Origin: an uncultured Candidatus Poseidoniales archaeon
Lineage (GTDB): Archaea; Thermoplasmatota; Poseidoniia; Poseidoniales; CAYMED01
Assembly (NCBI GenBank): GCA_964389655.1
Contig: CAYMED010000016.1
Coordinates: 1-62,640 of the forward strand
Reading direction: 5' to 3'
Length of the DNA: 62,640 bases
Part shown: positions 29,057 through 39,000 of the stretch, in pieces
Layout: every line of letters begins with the position of its first letter
Position numbering within the stretch: the stretch's first letter is position 1
Program-made: the position numbers and the translations under genes
The notes under the pieces: model-generated
The model's input: the letters and a program-made list of their open reading frames with translations, nothing else
What the model was told of the DNA's origin: nothing
The model's database searches: none

Positions 29057-30271
29057 TTATTTTTCAATCAACCTCTCTGGGCATGCACGAAAACGAGAAC
29101 ATGATCTGCACTTTCCAACTTGCTCATGATTTCTTGAAGCCATCCCACTTACTAGTGCAGACTGAACTTCACGGATTTCATGTTCAAGGACCTTTTTTGC
29201 GTCTTCATCCCATGTAATGAGGTGTGCGTCATGCTCACCATATCTCAAGACACCCATCGTTGGTGCTTTTCCAGTAGTTGCCTCAATGAGTCTGATGTAT
29301 GCGAGCAATTGTATTTTGTGGCTCTGATGTGGTTCTTTCGGCACGCGTCCAGTTTTTTGCTCAACGGGAATAAACCCATCTTCCACTCTTAGAATTTGAT
29401 CGGGCCTACCGCGGAGGCCAGTTCGTTCATCAAATAGCAAACCGGCTGTTTTTTCGTCATCTGAATAAGTCACAATTGCATGGTCCTCAACATCAAGGTG
29501 TCCTGACAAATGGCGTACCTCGAGGTCATTTTGAAGGAAGCGATGCAATCGCCAAGCAGACAACCCATTCCAAACCATCGCAAATAATGCAAGAATAAAG
29601 GCGAGAAGCAGTCGTTCAGTCGCTGCAAGTATAGCAATACCATGGATCGCCAATCCTATTGCTGCAAGAAGCGTGGTCATTTCGACTGATCCTGCCGAAC
29701 CCCAACCCCCCATTTTAGGGTCCTCGAGGAATGAAGAGTCTAAAACCGGTCCCGCTAGTTGGTTTACTGGGTCCTCGTCATCCATCATATGTGCATTGAT
29801 CATTTCGTTTCGAACATCACGCCATGGTAGAATAATCAACAAAATTGAAATTAATAGCCAAGCAAGAGAAAGTGCCACTAGCCCGGAGCCAATCGCCCGT
29901 GTATTTCCGAATTGATCAATTCGAAGAAATACTAATCCCTCGACGAATAATATTGTAACAATTGAAATCCACCATGTCCAAATGACACCTTCTTTCCTCC
30001 GACTGTTCTGAAGGTCTGCTAATTCTGTATATGAATCATGAATCCGCTTGTGTCGAATTTGGCCAATTTTAACCGCACTTCCAACAGCCTGAATCCCGGC
30101 TCGAGCAAGATACCAAGAGAGTGGGCAATAGGCGTGGCGCTCAAGGTCTGATGCTGAGAGTGGGACAGCCGATCCGGATGGTAATCGCAGAAATCCATTT
30201 TCATCCGCCTTAGCATTGATTTTTTCGAGACGAGGCCGCTCGGGAGCACTAGGGTCAACCCTGATGGCCAT
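29057..30271 (-). CDS. Solo Cas4-like PD-(D/E)XK nuclease with four inserted TM helices
   Basis: SASDLERHAYCP, G...H, LRGRPD, PVEQKTG, QLLAY and C-terminal CRSCSRFRAC. Confidence 0.85.
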   Translation of the reverse strand: MAIRVDPSAPERPRLEKINAKADENGFLRLPSGSAVPLSASDLERHAYCPLSWYLARAGIQAVGSAVKIGQIRHKRIHDSYTELADLQNSRRKEGVIWTWWISIVTILFVEGLVFLRIDQFGNTRAIGSGLVALSLAWLLISILLIILPWRDVRNEMINAHMMDDEDPVNQLAGPVLDSSFLEDPKMGGWGSAGSVEMTTLLAAIGLAIHGIAILAATERLLLAFILALFAMVWNGLSAWRLHRFLQNDLEVRHLSGHLDVEDHAIVTYSDDEKTAGLLFDERTGLRGRPDQILRVEDGFIPVEQKTGRVPKEPHQSHKIQLLAYIRLIEATTGKAPTMGVLRYGEHDAHLITWDEDAKKVLEHEIREVQSALVSGMASRNHEQVGKCRSCSRFRACPERLIEK

Positions 30272-30380
30272 GGGTTGTGAGGTGCTTGAAGCGACATAAG
30301 AGATGCCTCTGCTTGTGCGCCTTGTTGGACGAAGTGGTTTTGAAGGGATGTCGGGTCGGCAAGCCGCCCGAGGTGCTATA

Positions 30381-30995
30381 ATGGAAGACGAGACAGCGCT
30401 CGAACTTCTTATTGCCCCAGATGTTTATATCGAAAATGCAGTTGATGTTGGTACAACTCAGCGCAGTTCAGATATGCTTCGATTTATCAGCCACGTGCGT
30501 GATGATGGTCTCCATATGATTGACTGGAGGCTTACTGATTCTAGAATACGGCTTGTCGCTAAAATGCTGGCACGTTATCCCGCCGACGAAATATTGGTTG
30601 CTTGTGCTCGTCCTTTCGGACAGCGCCCAGCCCGCCTTTTTTCAGAATCCATCGGCGCTCGTGGCATTATTGGCCGCTTTGTTCCTGGCACTCTTACAAA
30701 TCCTCGCCTTCCAAGATATTTTGAGCCCTCAGTTGTGTTTGTAACTGACCCTGCAGCCGACAGTCAAGTGGTAACTGAAGCGATTGGAAGTGGATTGCCA
30801 ATAGCTAGTATTGTCGATGCAAATAACATGCTCAGGAATGTCGACGTCGCTCTCCCTGGAAACAACAAGGGGCGCCGTAGCCTTGCCCTCATCTACTGGC
30901 TCCTTGCTCGTGAAGTGCTCAAGGAGCGTGGCGAGATGGATGATGAAACTTGGGCCGGTCTTCATGAGTTGTTAGAATGGGAGACCGCCTTTTAG
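30381..30995 (+). CDS. rpsB: 30S ribosomal protein S2 (archaeal uS2)
   Basis: VGT, R.DGL..ID, GRFVPGTLTNP, EP, TDP..D.Q, DVALPGNNKGRRSLAL.YWLLAREVL. Confidence 0.96.
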   Translation: MEDETALELLIAPDVYIENAVDVGTTQRSSDMLRFISHVRDDGLHMIDWRLTDSRIRLVAKMLARYPADEILVACARPFGQRPARLFSESIGARGIIGRFVPGTLTNPRLPRYFEPSVVFVTDPAADSQVVTEAIGSGLPIASIVDANNMLRNVDVALPGNNKGRRSLALIYWLLAREVLKERGEMDDETWAGLHELLEWETAF

Positions 30996-31006
30996 GGCGG
31001 CCCAAC

Positions 31007-32005
31007 ATGCTTTCTGAAATTGATGCAGTTCCATTGTATCTCTCTCCGATGTCTGGCGTCACTGATCTAGCGTTTCGTCTCGTTGCCCGTGAAATCGGTG
31101 CTGATGAAACAGTGTCTGAATTCACAAGTGCTTCAGCCTTGGCAAGAGATCAGGCGAAGGCATGGGATCGTCTTGAGACTGACACCGAAGAAACCCCATT
31201 CATTGCTCAAATTTTTGGTGGTAATGAAGATGATATGCTCCAAACGGCTAAAATGCTAGAGGGGAAAGCAGACGTTCTCGACCTCAATTTTGGCTGTCCG
31301 GCGAAGAAAGTTACACGCACGTGTGCTGGTGCAGCCCTCATGGGTGAACCTGATCGCCTTGTGCAGATGGCCTCTCGCATTGTTCAATCAGTAAATATCC
31401 CTGTTTCTGCAAAATTACGCTTAGGTGTTGATTCCACATCTGTCAATGTTGTTGAATTATCTAGGCGACTTGAATCCGCTGGTGTATTTCGTTTATGCAT
31501 ACATGGGCGAACCTTGGTACAACGTTACAAAGGATCTGCAGATTGGTCAACAATTGCGGCAGTGGTTGAAGCAGTAGATATCCCCGTTATCGCAAATGGA
31601 GATATTGTTGATGCGGATTCAGCCGCAGCTTGCTTAGAAGCGACAGGCGCATCAGGTCTTATGGTCGGTCGAGCAGCCATTGGAGCACCACATATCATGT
31701 GGAGAATAAAAAAGGGACTTGGGTGGCCGGTGAAAAACCCTCCATGGGGTCCTTGCTCAAATGAATGGACGTACGAAGATGAGCGTGCGGCCAAGGCGTG
31801 GGCCTTTGGCAGGTATGTGGATATTTCTCGTCAAAAAGGGACTTTGCGGCTAAAATGGTTACGTCGCCACGCAGTCTCATTTACCAAAGGGATCCAAGGT
31901 GGATCAGAACTTCGTCGTCGTATGCATGACATCGGAAATGACCTTGCTGCACTAATCGATGCTTGTAGTAAATCTCTATCCCCTTATGATTCTGTGAAAT
32001 CATGA
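31007..32005 (+). CDS. dus: tRNA-dihydrouridine synthase
   Basis: LSPMSGVTD.AFR, QIFG, DLNFGCP, GAALM, HGRT..Q.Y.G.ADW, ANGDI, MVGRAAIG.P. Confidence 0.93.
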   Translation: MLSEIDAVPLYLSPMSGVTDLAFRLVAREIGADETVSEFTSASALARDQAKAWDRLETDTEETPFIAQIFGGNEDDMLQTAKMLEGKADVLDLNFGCPAKKVTRTCAGAALMGEPDRLVQMASRIVQSVNIPVSAKLRLGVDSTSVNVVELSRRLESAGVFRLCIHGRTLVQRYKGSADWSTIAAVVEAVDIPVIANGDIVDADSAAACLEATGASGLMVGRAAIGAPHIMWRIKKGLGWPVKNPPWGPCSNEWTYEDERAAKAWAFGRYVDISRQKGTLRLKWLRRHAVSFTKGIQGGSELRRRMHDIGNDLAALIDACSKSLSPYDSVKS

Positions 32006-33085
32006 TGGATTTAGGCGCCGAGCAACCCGCATCATTCGAGCATTAAATCGATCTAAACGTGTAAGAACAACCCTACATGTTTCCTTCATCGTGCTTCCGC
32101 TAGGAACATGACCCCAGGGGATTCTTCCCCCTATAAGTCCTAATGTGCGCAATGCCAATTCACGGGGTACTGTGTCAAGAATGACTCCGATTGCTTCAGG
32201 CGTGTCTCCCGCTTTAACGCGCAATAGTATCTGTTTCCCCTTTTCATTTGGAAATCCACCCAGCCGTCTACTGTCGAGTAACCATGCTTCATCTCTTCGA
32301 GTCAATTGAGCAGATATCGATAGCATTAGAGCAAGTGGCAATCGTTCATGCAAGGGCCGCCTAGATACCAACCCACACGCGCGTAAACGCTCAAGGAGGC
32401 GCGTAGCCCGTGATCGAGTAACTCCGTATTTATCCATGACTTCATCTATCGCAAGTGGTCTTTTGTCTCCAAATATCCTCTCCATGAGTTTCGTAACTTG
32501 CATTTCGACTTCCCCATCTCTTCCAGGTCGTTCACCACATAACCCATGATCTCGAATCCATGTGGTGAGGGGCCTTTGTGGGTCGGAAAAGGGACTTGGA
32601 TCCCGAATTCTTAGTGAAAAGTGGATGTCCTCATCCAAATTCTCGCTTTTTTTCCTCTCCCCCCCATCCCACAATGGCTCAAGATCATTTAAGGTGTGCT
32701 CCAGCACTTTTCGCAACTCCGATGAAAGCAGATTTAGTGCAGTTTCAATAGATCCGAATCTGAGGTGGTGTGCTCTCCACCCATCATTTGCCTCTCCACT
32801 TGAACTAATCAAGCGGCATGCGCGTAGGCGAGCTAGATGCTGATGCAAACCCGCAGTTGAGATTCCAAGTATGTCTCCGAGTTGTTTTGCATCGAATCCT
32901 TCATTTGGTTCGGCCAAAAAAACATCATTGAGAATGCGAGCAATTGGCCTTTGACTTGAGTCGATTGCAGCTGCTCGGGATTGTCTACGAATTAATCCTA
33001 AACTTCTCAAGAGCCACTCAATCAGCACATCTCGATCTCTCGTACCTGGTGCAAGTGGTTGTTCTTCAATGCGCACATCAAGCAT
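32000..33085 (-). CDS. Predicted transcriptional regulator with two winged-HTH domains
   Basis: LGDILGISTAGLHQHLARLRACRLI and IDEVMDKYGVTRSRATRLLERLRACGLV, an internal duplication. Confidence 0.7.
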   Translation of the reverse strand: MLDVRIEEQPLAPGTRDRDVLIEWLLRSLGLIRRQSRAAAIDSSQRPIARILNDVFLAEPNEGFDAKQLGDILGISTAGLHQHLARLRACRLISSSGEANDGWRAHHLRFGSIETALNLLSSELRKVLEHTLNDLEPLWDGGERKKSENLDEDIHFSLRIRDPSPFSDPQRPLTTWIRDHGLCGERPGRDGEVEMQVTKLMERIFGDKRPLAIDEVMDKYGVTRSRATRLLERLRACGLVSRRPLHERLPLALMLSISAQLTRRDEAWLLDSRRLGGFPNEKGKQILLRVKAGDTPEAIGVILDTVPRELALRTLGLIGGRIPWGHVPSGSTMKETCRVVLTRLDRFNARMMRVARRLNPS

Positions 33086-33154
33086 AGACTGGCTTGATGT
33101 ACGGGGGATAATGATCTATTCCCTATATGATCAAGCCACTAGCGTCAAAATTGA

Positions 33155-33892
33155 TCATCTAGGTACGCGCGGATCAGACCATTCATAGTCAAGAGCCCTA
33201 TTTTCACCATTTGCACCCTTTTGCTCCAGATGAGGTGCTAAGCATAGTTTAGATGCATGTAATATTCCTCTTCTTCGAAGAACCTTGACGGCAGAATGAA
33301 CAGATGCCCGGCTACGACCAAGTAGCCTAGACAATTCAGCTTGTGTGTGTGGTGGCTTCTCAGCATCCAATGCCTCTACAACTAGGCGCTGGAGCAGGGA
33401 TAGTCCATGGGGGAGCATTTCTGCAGCACGAACATCATCACTCGTCATCATACCTCTTAATTCGATGCATTGTGATGGGTGTCCTGCATAGTGGCATGTT
33501 CTACCATTTACTGGGACAACAGTAACAGTTCCTCTCGTAATAAGGACATCGAGATGATGGCGAAGTGTTCCATTCGCCGCTCCAAGAACTGTTTGTAATT
33601 CGCGGTAGCCAAGCCCTGGCCTATCAACTAAAATACGCATGATTCTATGTCGCAAAGGATGATCTTCAGGCCCCTCAATTCGTGCAGAATCTGTAGATGC
33701 AGCACCTTGTATGGCCCATGGGATAAGTCCACTTGCAAATCCAACAGGGCCTAAAAGTGTGCTGCCAATTCCGGCAAGCCCCATAGCAAGCCAAGGCCGT
33801 TGCCGACGCCATTGGTCAACCAGTGCCATGTGTGGAGGGGGTAGTGATGTACCATGAATTTGCTGCATCGCTGTTTGACATGTGTTTTTCAT
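33155..33892 (-). CDS. Winged-HTH regulator with two HTH units (archaeal type)
   Basis: HPLR.RI...PG.GYREL...LGAANGTLRHHL and TQAELSRLLGRSRASVHSAVKVL. The start may lie downstream (MALVDQ). Confidence 0.75.
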   Translation of the reverse strand: MKNTCQTAMQQIHGTSLPPPHMALVDQWRRQRPWLAMGLAGIGSTLLGPVGFASGLIPWAIQGAASTDSARIEGPEDHPLRHRIMRILVDRPGLGYRELQTVLGAANGTLRHHLDVLITRGTVTVVPVNGRTCHYAGHPSQCIELRGMMTSDDVRAAEMLPHGLSLLQRLVVEALDAEKPPHTQAELSRLLGRSRASVHSAVKVLRRRGILHASKLCLAPHLEQKGANGENRALDYEWSDPRVPR

Positions 33893-34347
33893 GCGCGAAT
33901 GAGTCCGCTCTCGATTTTAAGGTACGCCACCAGTGGACCTAGAAGCCTTCCCACAATCTCACCATGTGCCGTGAGTGTGTAATTTACTCTGATTGGTGGC
34001 CCTTCATCGACACTCCGATGAACAAATCCCTTTTCCGTTAGTGATCGCAGTTTATCTGAAAGCGTGCGTGATGAGATCCCATGCAAAAGGGTCCTTAATT
34101 CATTGAAACGATTTGCTCCTCCAATGTAGAGCGCGGCACATATTTCGATATTCCATCGTTGGCCAAGTGGCTCAAGCACTTCGATAGCAGCAGCAACTTC
34201 CCAGGATAATCCATGTGGTGGGTCCAAAGGTGCTGCAATAAGCTTGCGAATATTTCTTCCACAAGATTCCACATTTGTAATGTGCATCCGAATGTCCTTG
34301 ATCCGTTCATCAGTGATCTCAATTGGAGCAATAGTCCCTTTAGACAT
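33889..34347 (-). CDS. HxlR-family transcriptional regulator
   Basis: LGQRW, RFNEL...L.GISSRTLSDKL..L...G.V.R, PP.RV.Y.LT..G. Confidence 0.9.
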   Translation of the reverse strand: MSKGTIAPIEITDERIKDIRMHITNVESCGRNIRKLIAAPLDPPHGLSWEVAAAIEVLEPLGQRWNIEICAALYIGGANRFNELRTLLHGISSRTLSDKLRSLTEKGFVHRSVDEGPPIRVNYTLTAHGEIVGRLLGPLVAYLKIESGLIRA

Positions 34348-34392
34348 GCCCCACCGATACGATATGCATTTTGAAACTTAGTGTGGCTAAAC

Positions 34393-35193
34393 TCACCGCC
34401 CTCCGCCAGCCCATTCATGGTAATCTTGTGTAACTTGCAATTTGTCTAGTGCAGACGCCATCTCTGCATTTGCTGCTTGCAGGCCTGTCTCAATTGCCTC
34501 TTTCTGCTTTCTCAATTGATCTGCTATGTCATTCAATTGACGCGCTTCCCCATCAGCAATCCCCCCTCCAACAAAACGGTCAATGTCGCTTAAAACTCGT
34601 TCAAGAGGATGGGGGTGGTCTCCTCTTGGAGTAACGATGTGCATCTTTCCTTGCTGCGTAACTGGGCCTAATGCTTTGAGTGCAGAGATGAGTTCCTTGG
34701 CAGAATTCCCTGCTTTCGTTAGAGAACCATTTTTTCTTAACAGCATGTCTAAAGGACGCAAAGCAGCTTCCAAGTGCTCTGGCTCAATTTTCCGTGCACT
34801 TTTCCATGCTTTAAGTGCTGATTTGTATTTTTTGACTCCAGCATATAACCGTCCTAATTGGACCCAATCAGCGGTTTCAAATGCAACGGCATCAGATAAT
34901 TCTTGCTTTTCCTCCTTTCTTAGACGATCCCAATATACCTTTCTTTCCTTCAAGAACGGGCGTATTGTGGAGACTCCATCCTTCCATTTTTCTCGTATTT
35001 CGAGGATTGCCAATAAATCACGTAACGCATCGACTAGAATTCCTTGCATCTCTAAGTCTCTCTCTTTCTGTGGTATTGTGGACATCCGATCAGATAGGCC
35101 TTTGGCCATGACCTCTGCAAGTTCTAATCGTCCATCTTGAACGTAGCGTCGGTATTGGATAAGTACCTTGTTTGGATCGTCCATTCCGAACAT
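34393..35193 (-). CDS. Hypothetical all-helical protein, possibly with a TPR
   Basis: 266-aa ORF in a co-oriented run; TPR-like WVQLGRLYAGVKKYKSALKAWKSARKIEP. Confidence 0.6.
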   Translation of the reverse strand: MFGMDDPNKVLIQYRRYVQDGRLELAEVMAKGLSDRMSTIPQKERDLEMQGILVDALRDLLAILEIREKWKDGVSTIRPFLKERKVYWDRLRKEEKQELSDAVAFETADWVQLGRLYAGVKKYKSALKAWKSARKIEPEHLEAALRPLDMLLRKNGSLTKAGNSAKELISALKALGPVTQQGKMHIVTPRGDHPHPLERVLSDIDRFVGGGIADGEARQLNDIADQLRKQKEAIETGLQAANAEMASALDKLQVTQDYHEWAGGGR

Positions 35194-35202
35194 AAGTCCC
35201 CC

Positions 35203-35454
35203 TCAGTTAAGTGATGGGGCGACGGTGAGGGTTTTTGTAGTCTCAACCCCATCTAGTGAACGAATATTGTTGATCACGAGAGATCCCAGCATGCCAAAAT
35301 CAGCACATTCGATTCGAAGCATGATGTCGTATTCACCAAATAGGACAAGGCCTTCTTTGACTTCTTTGAGTTCCAATAATCTATCATACACTTTTGCCTC
35401 GTTTCCGGGCTCAGTTGTGATGAGCACGATCGCCACCGCAGCAGTGTCAGACAT
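35203..35454 (-). CDS. Stand-alone Lrp/AsnC ligand-binding (RAM) domain protein
   Basis: AIVLI.TEPG.E..VY..L, LFGEYDI, IRSLDGV.TTKTL. Confidence 0.88.
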   Translation of the reverse strand: MSDTAAVAIVLITTEPGNEAKVYDRLLELKEVKEGLVLFGEYDIMLRIECADFGMLGSLVINNIRSLDGVETTKTLTVAPSLN

Positions 35455-35518
35455 GGATACCGACTAACGGAGTATGCGACGGTGCATATGAACATGACCC
35501 GTCTCCCATTGGCTAGAT

Positions 35519-36097
35519 ATGGTGCCAAATGATGAGTCCGAGGGGCTGTGGATTGGAATCACAGGGACCCCCGGAACGGGGAAGACGACCCTCGCCAAGT
35601 TACTTGCTAGATTGCTGGAATGGCCTGTATGCCAAGTAGTGGACCTTGCGAGAAGCACTGGTGCGCTGGGCGACCTTGATTTTGATGATGGTGCGCGTCC
35701 AGTGGATATTCCTCTTTTGTGTGATAATTTGTCTCGCTCACCACATTTGATCAAACGACCATCCATTCTTGATGGCCACCTTTCCCACCATCTTCCACTT
35801 GATTGCATCATTATCCTTCGCGTCGAACCAACGATTCTTTCGTCCCGCCTCTATGAGAGAGGATGGACGAGATCGAAGGTTGAGGAAAATGTGGAGTGGG
35901 AGCTGCTTGGTGGCCCTCAGCTCGACCTTGTGGATGATTCACGGCCATTTCTTGAAGTTGATGCGACCCGATGCCCAACTTCCGATCTCGCCTCGCTTGT
36001 AATTGCATGGATCAATCAGGGCTGTCCATTCACATCCAAGCGCCATATTGATTGGATGAATGGCGCACTAGGTTCCAACATCGACGAAATTTCATAA
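35519..36097 (+). CDS. Adenylate kinase/ATPase of the Fap7/AK6 (hCINAP) family
   Basis: ITGTPGTGKTT, ILDGHLSH, LR..P..L..RL..RGW...KV.EN.E.E. Confidence 0.9.
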   Translation: MVPNDESEGLWIGITGTPGTGKTTLAKLLARLLEWPVCQVVDLARSTGALGDLDFDDGARPVDIPLLCDNLSRSPHLIKRPSILDGHLSHHLPLDCIIILRVEPTILSSRLYERGWTRSKVEENVEWELLGGPQLDLVDDSRPFLEVDATRCPTSDLASLVIAWINQGCPFTSKRHIDWMNGALGSNIDEIS

Positions 36098-36098
36098 A

Positions 36099-39000
36099 GT
36101 GCTAGAGTTCTCCATCTTCTGCATTTATTTTCCCGTCAGTTTATTACTAATCGGGGATCTGAATCTGTTTGTGCTCAATGGTCGCCGGCGGACTCTATGT
36201 GCGGGCCTCCTATTTTTGTCAGTTATTGCGTGGTTTCCTTCAGCCCATGCGGCGCCTGAACATGAACTTGAAGCGCAGGATGTAACTGCAAGTACGGACT
36301 CAGTAAATGAGGTGTCATATATTGAATGGAAGAATATTCAAACTTCAGATTTTAATGTCCTCACCGCTATGATTGACTCTCATTATCAAATATGGCGGGC
36401 AGACCGCCCATTCGAGTCAAATTTCACTGAATATGCGACATTAATTGGGAACGAAGATGTATGTGATTCTCATATCCCAACAATTGATTGTTCTGGTGAA
36501 CGTGCAAAAGGCAGTCACAACTTTTCCTTTGGACTCCCTGTTGATGTAAGTGGGACATTTTACTACATGGTTTCGACAGTTTTGAATGGAAGTACGCCAA
36601 TTTTTCATCTTACAGAAACTACAAAATCCCAAGGCATCAACGAAACCTCTCAACCTATCAAGACCCCTTATTTGTTGACGGCTTCATTCAATGGGTTCAC
36701 ATCCTCCACCACGCTACAATGGGTCAATGCGAATGACATTGAGCCTAGATTTAATGAGACAGGCAATGAATCGTATAATATTATCATTTATGAGCACACT
36801 TGGAGAGCAACGGCTGCAAAATGGGCTGACCTTGGGAATGTGCGAACAGAGATTGCAAATTTATCCGCAATTGATGAGAATGGTAGCCGGATTAATTCAT
36901 ATGTTGTTTCCATTCCCCCCAACTCTAATCGTGAAATGTACTATACAGTTACTTATCGTTTTCCCGGTTATGAGGATACGAGGTTTAAGTCTTCAAATAC
37001 ATTGGTCGATCCATTATTAGAAGATAATGCGCCCCCAGGTGAAGTGCAATTAGGTGATGTGCGTTATTTCTCATTTGGAAATGCGACTGGTGGGTATACC
37101 CATATTCCTTGGGCTTGCCCACTAGAAGGTGGCATGAAAGTTCCCTACACATACCATATTTGGCGCAGTTCTCAAGAATTTACTCGAACCGATGAGTTTG
37201 GAGTTGAGTTGGTAACCACTGTGGAATCATCTTGTGATACAGATTCAATCCAGGCCATTATTCCAATTGGGGTTATGCGGGATGCATACTATGCAATTAC
37301 GGCTCAGGACTCGGCTGGAAATGAACGCCTTGTCGTAACTAATGGCGTCTCTCGAAAAGCGGTTTCTGAAGATACTATTTCTGATTACAAAGCCTTTCCT
37401 ACTGATATTTCCGCCTCATTCAATGGCCCCACGGGCCAAACCACAATAACATGGAATGACGCAAAGCATGTCTCAGGAGAATCATATACTATTTGGAGGT
37501 CTCGTCCAGTCAAAGTTGACGATCTTTCCTACAACCCCGATATTGGTGTACACCTTCCAATTACCGGCTCATCTATTCCATGTGATCTTGGTCAAATTGA
37601 TTTTTGTACAGTTGAACGAATCGCCACAAATGTTTCAGAAGGAAGTGGGACTTATACCATTCAAGTGGAAGATGATGTAAGCCAGACAGTTTACTATGCA
37701 GTTACAACAGAGTATAAACAATGGCTTAATCAAAGTGAACCAAAAGAAGACCTTGAGTACATAGCCGGCACAAATGCTCTTCTTGTGGGTGTTGCTGAAG
37801 ACACATTAGCTCCCTATCCTGTCAAATATAACCCCGATAATACTGTGGTCGACGGCGTCCAAGCCAAAGCCACAATTGTATGGGACGATGATACTAGCAA
37901 TGGTATGAATAACAAGTATCTGATTTATCGATGGACTGGCCCCAATGATCCTTTCTTTGATACTCAAACAAATGTCTCAGTCAGTAATACAACACTTGAT
38001 GCTCAACCAGGGTGGACTCTTGTCTATGGCCCCTTCGGCCGATCTACTGCGGGAGTTGGTACGGTGCGACAACAGATTGAGATTGAACATGGTGTTGAAC
38101 GCGAGAGTTACTATGCGATCATCGTTCAAGATGAATATGGGAATATCCAATTGGACCTCAACCTCCACGGTGGTGCCATCAGTTGTGCTACACTTGGTTG
38201 CAATGCATTTGAAATTCGTGAAGACACCCTTGCCCCATTATCGACTGTTGTGATACGAAAGGATTCATCGACTCCTCCTACAAAATACCTCAAACCAGGT
38301 TCTCCATACGAAATTGTCATTGAGGTATCAGAAGAGTTGGCAGATCGATATGAACCCCTTGTCAATGTCTCCACAACAACAGGCCAGTATTTATTACCCG
38401 AAGAAAAAGAATATGCAAAGAAGAAGACGGAATTTGTGTATACAACAACACTCGTGATCCCAGAAGGTCTGTCGTTAGCTGATGTGAATCTAACTGTTGA
38501 ATTAGAAGATATTGCTGGAAATTCTGTAATTCATGCATTTGATGGTTGGTCTCTAGATGCAGTCATGCCTAGTGTGGAGTTATATTCCCCAAGTGAGCAG
38601 ACAAGATATCTTTGGGGAGAGGATTTAGTCGCTTTAGGTGCTGCGAGAGATGACAATAATGTCACTCGCGTTGAATTCAACATTGATGATTTGGGATTTG
38701 CACAGGTTACTGAATTGACTTATCGGCAAGCAGGAGTTGAAAAAATCCCATATGTTGCTTTCCGCATAGATATACCCGCATCGAACTTTGAACCAGGACA
38801 GCACACAATAAAATTCCGAGTAACGGACGCAGGTGGTAACCAAGTCATCACGCGATCGTATTCATTCTTGGTTGATTGGTGTGACCGTGATGAGTTGGGC
38901 CTTACTAGATGTCAAACAGAGATTGATACTGGCCCGCCTGAACCTGAAGCCCAACTGAGTTACAAACCAGTCCTTGGAGATGCAAATTACGTTGTTGCAT

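Noticed and set aside
29057-30271. CRISPR-Cas locus around the Cas4-like gene
   Set aside because: No cas1/cas2 or effector genes and no repeat-spacer array anywhere in the window; the flanks are housekeeping genes.
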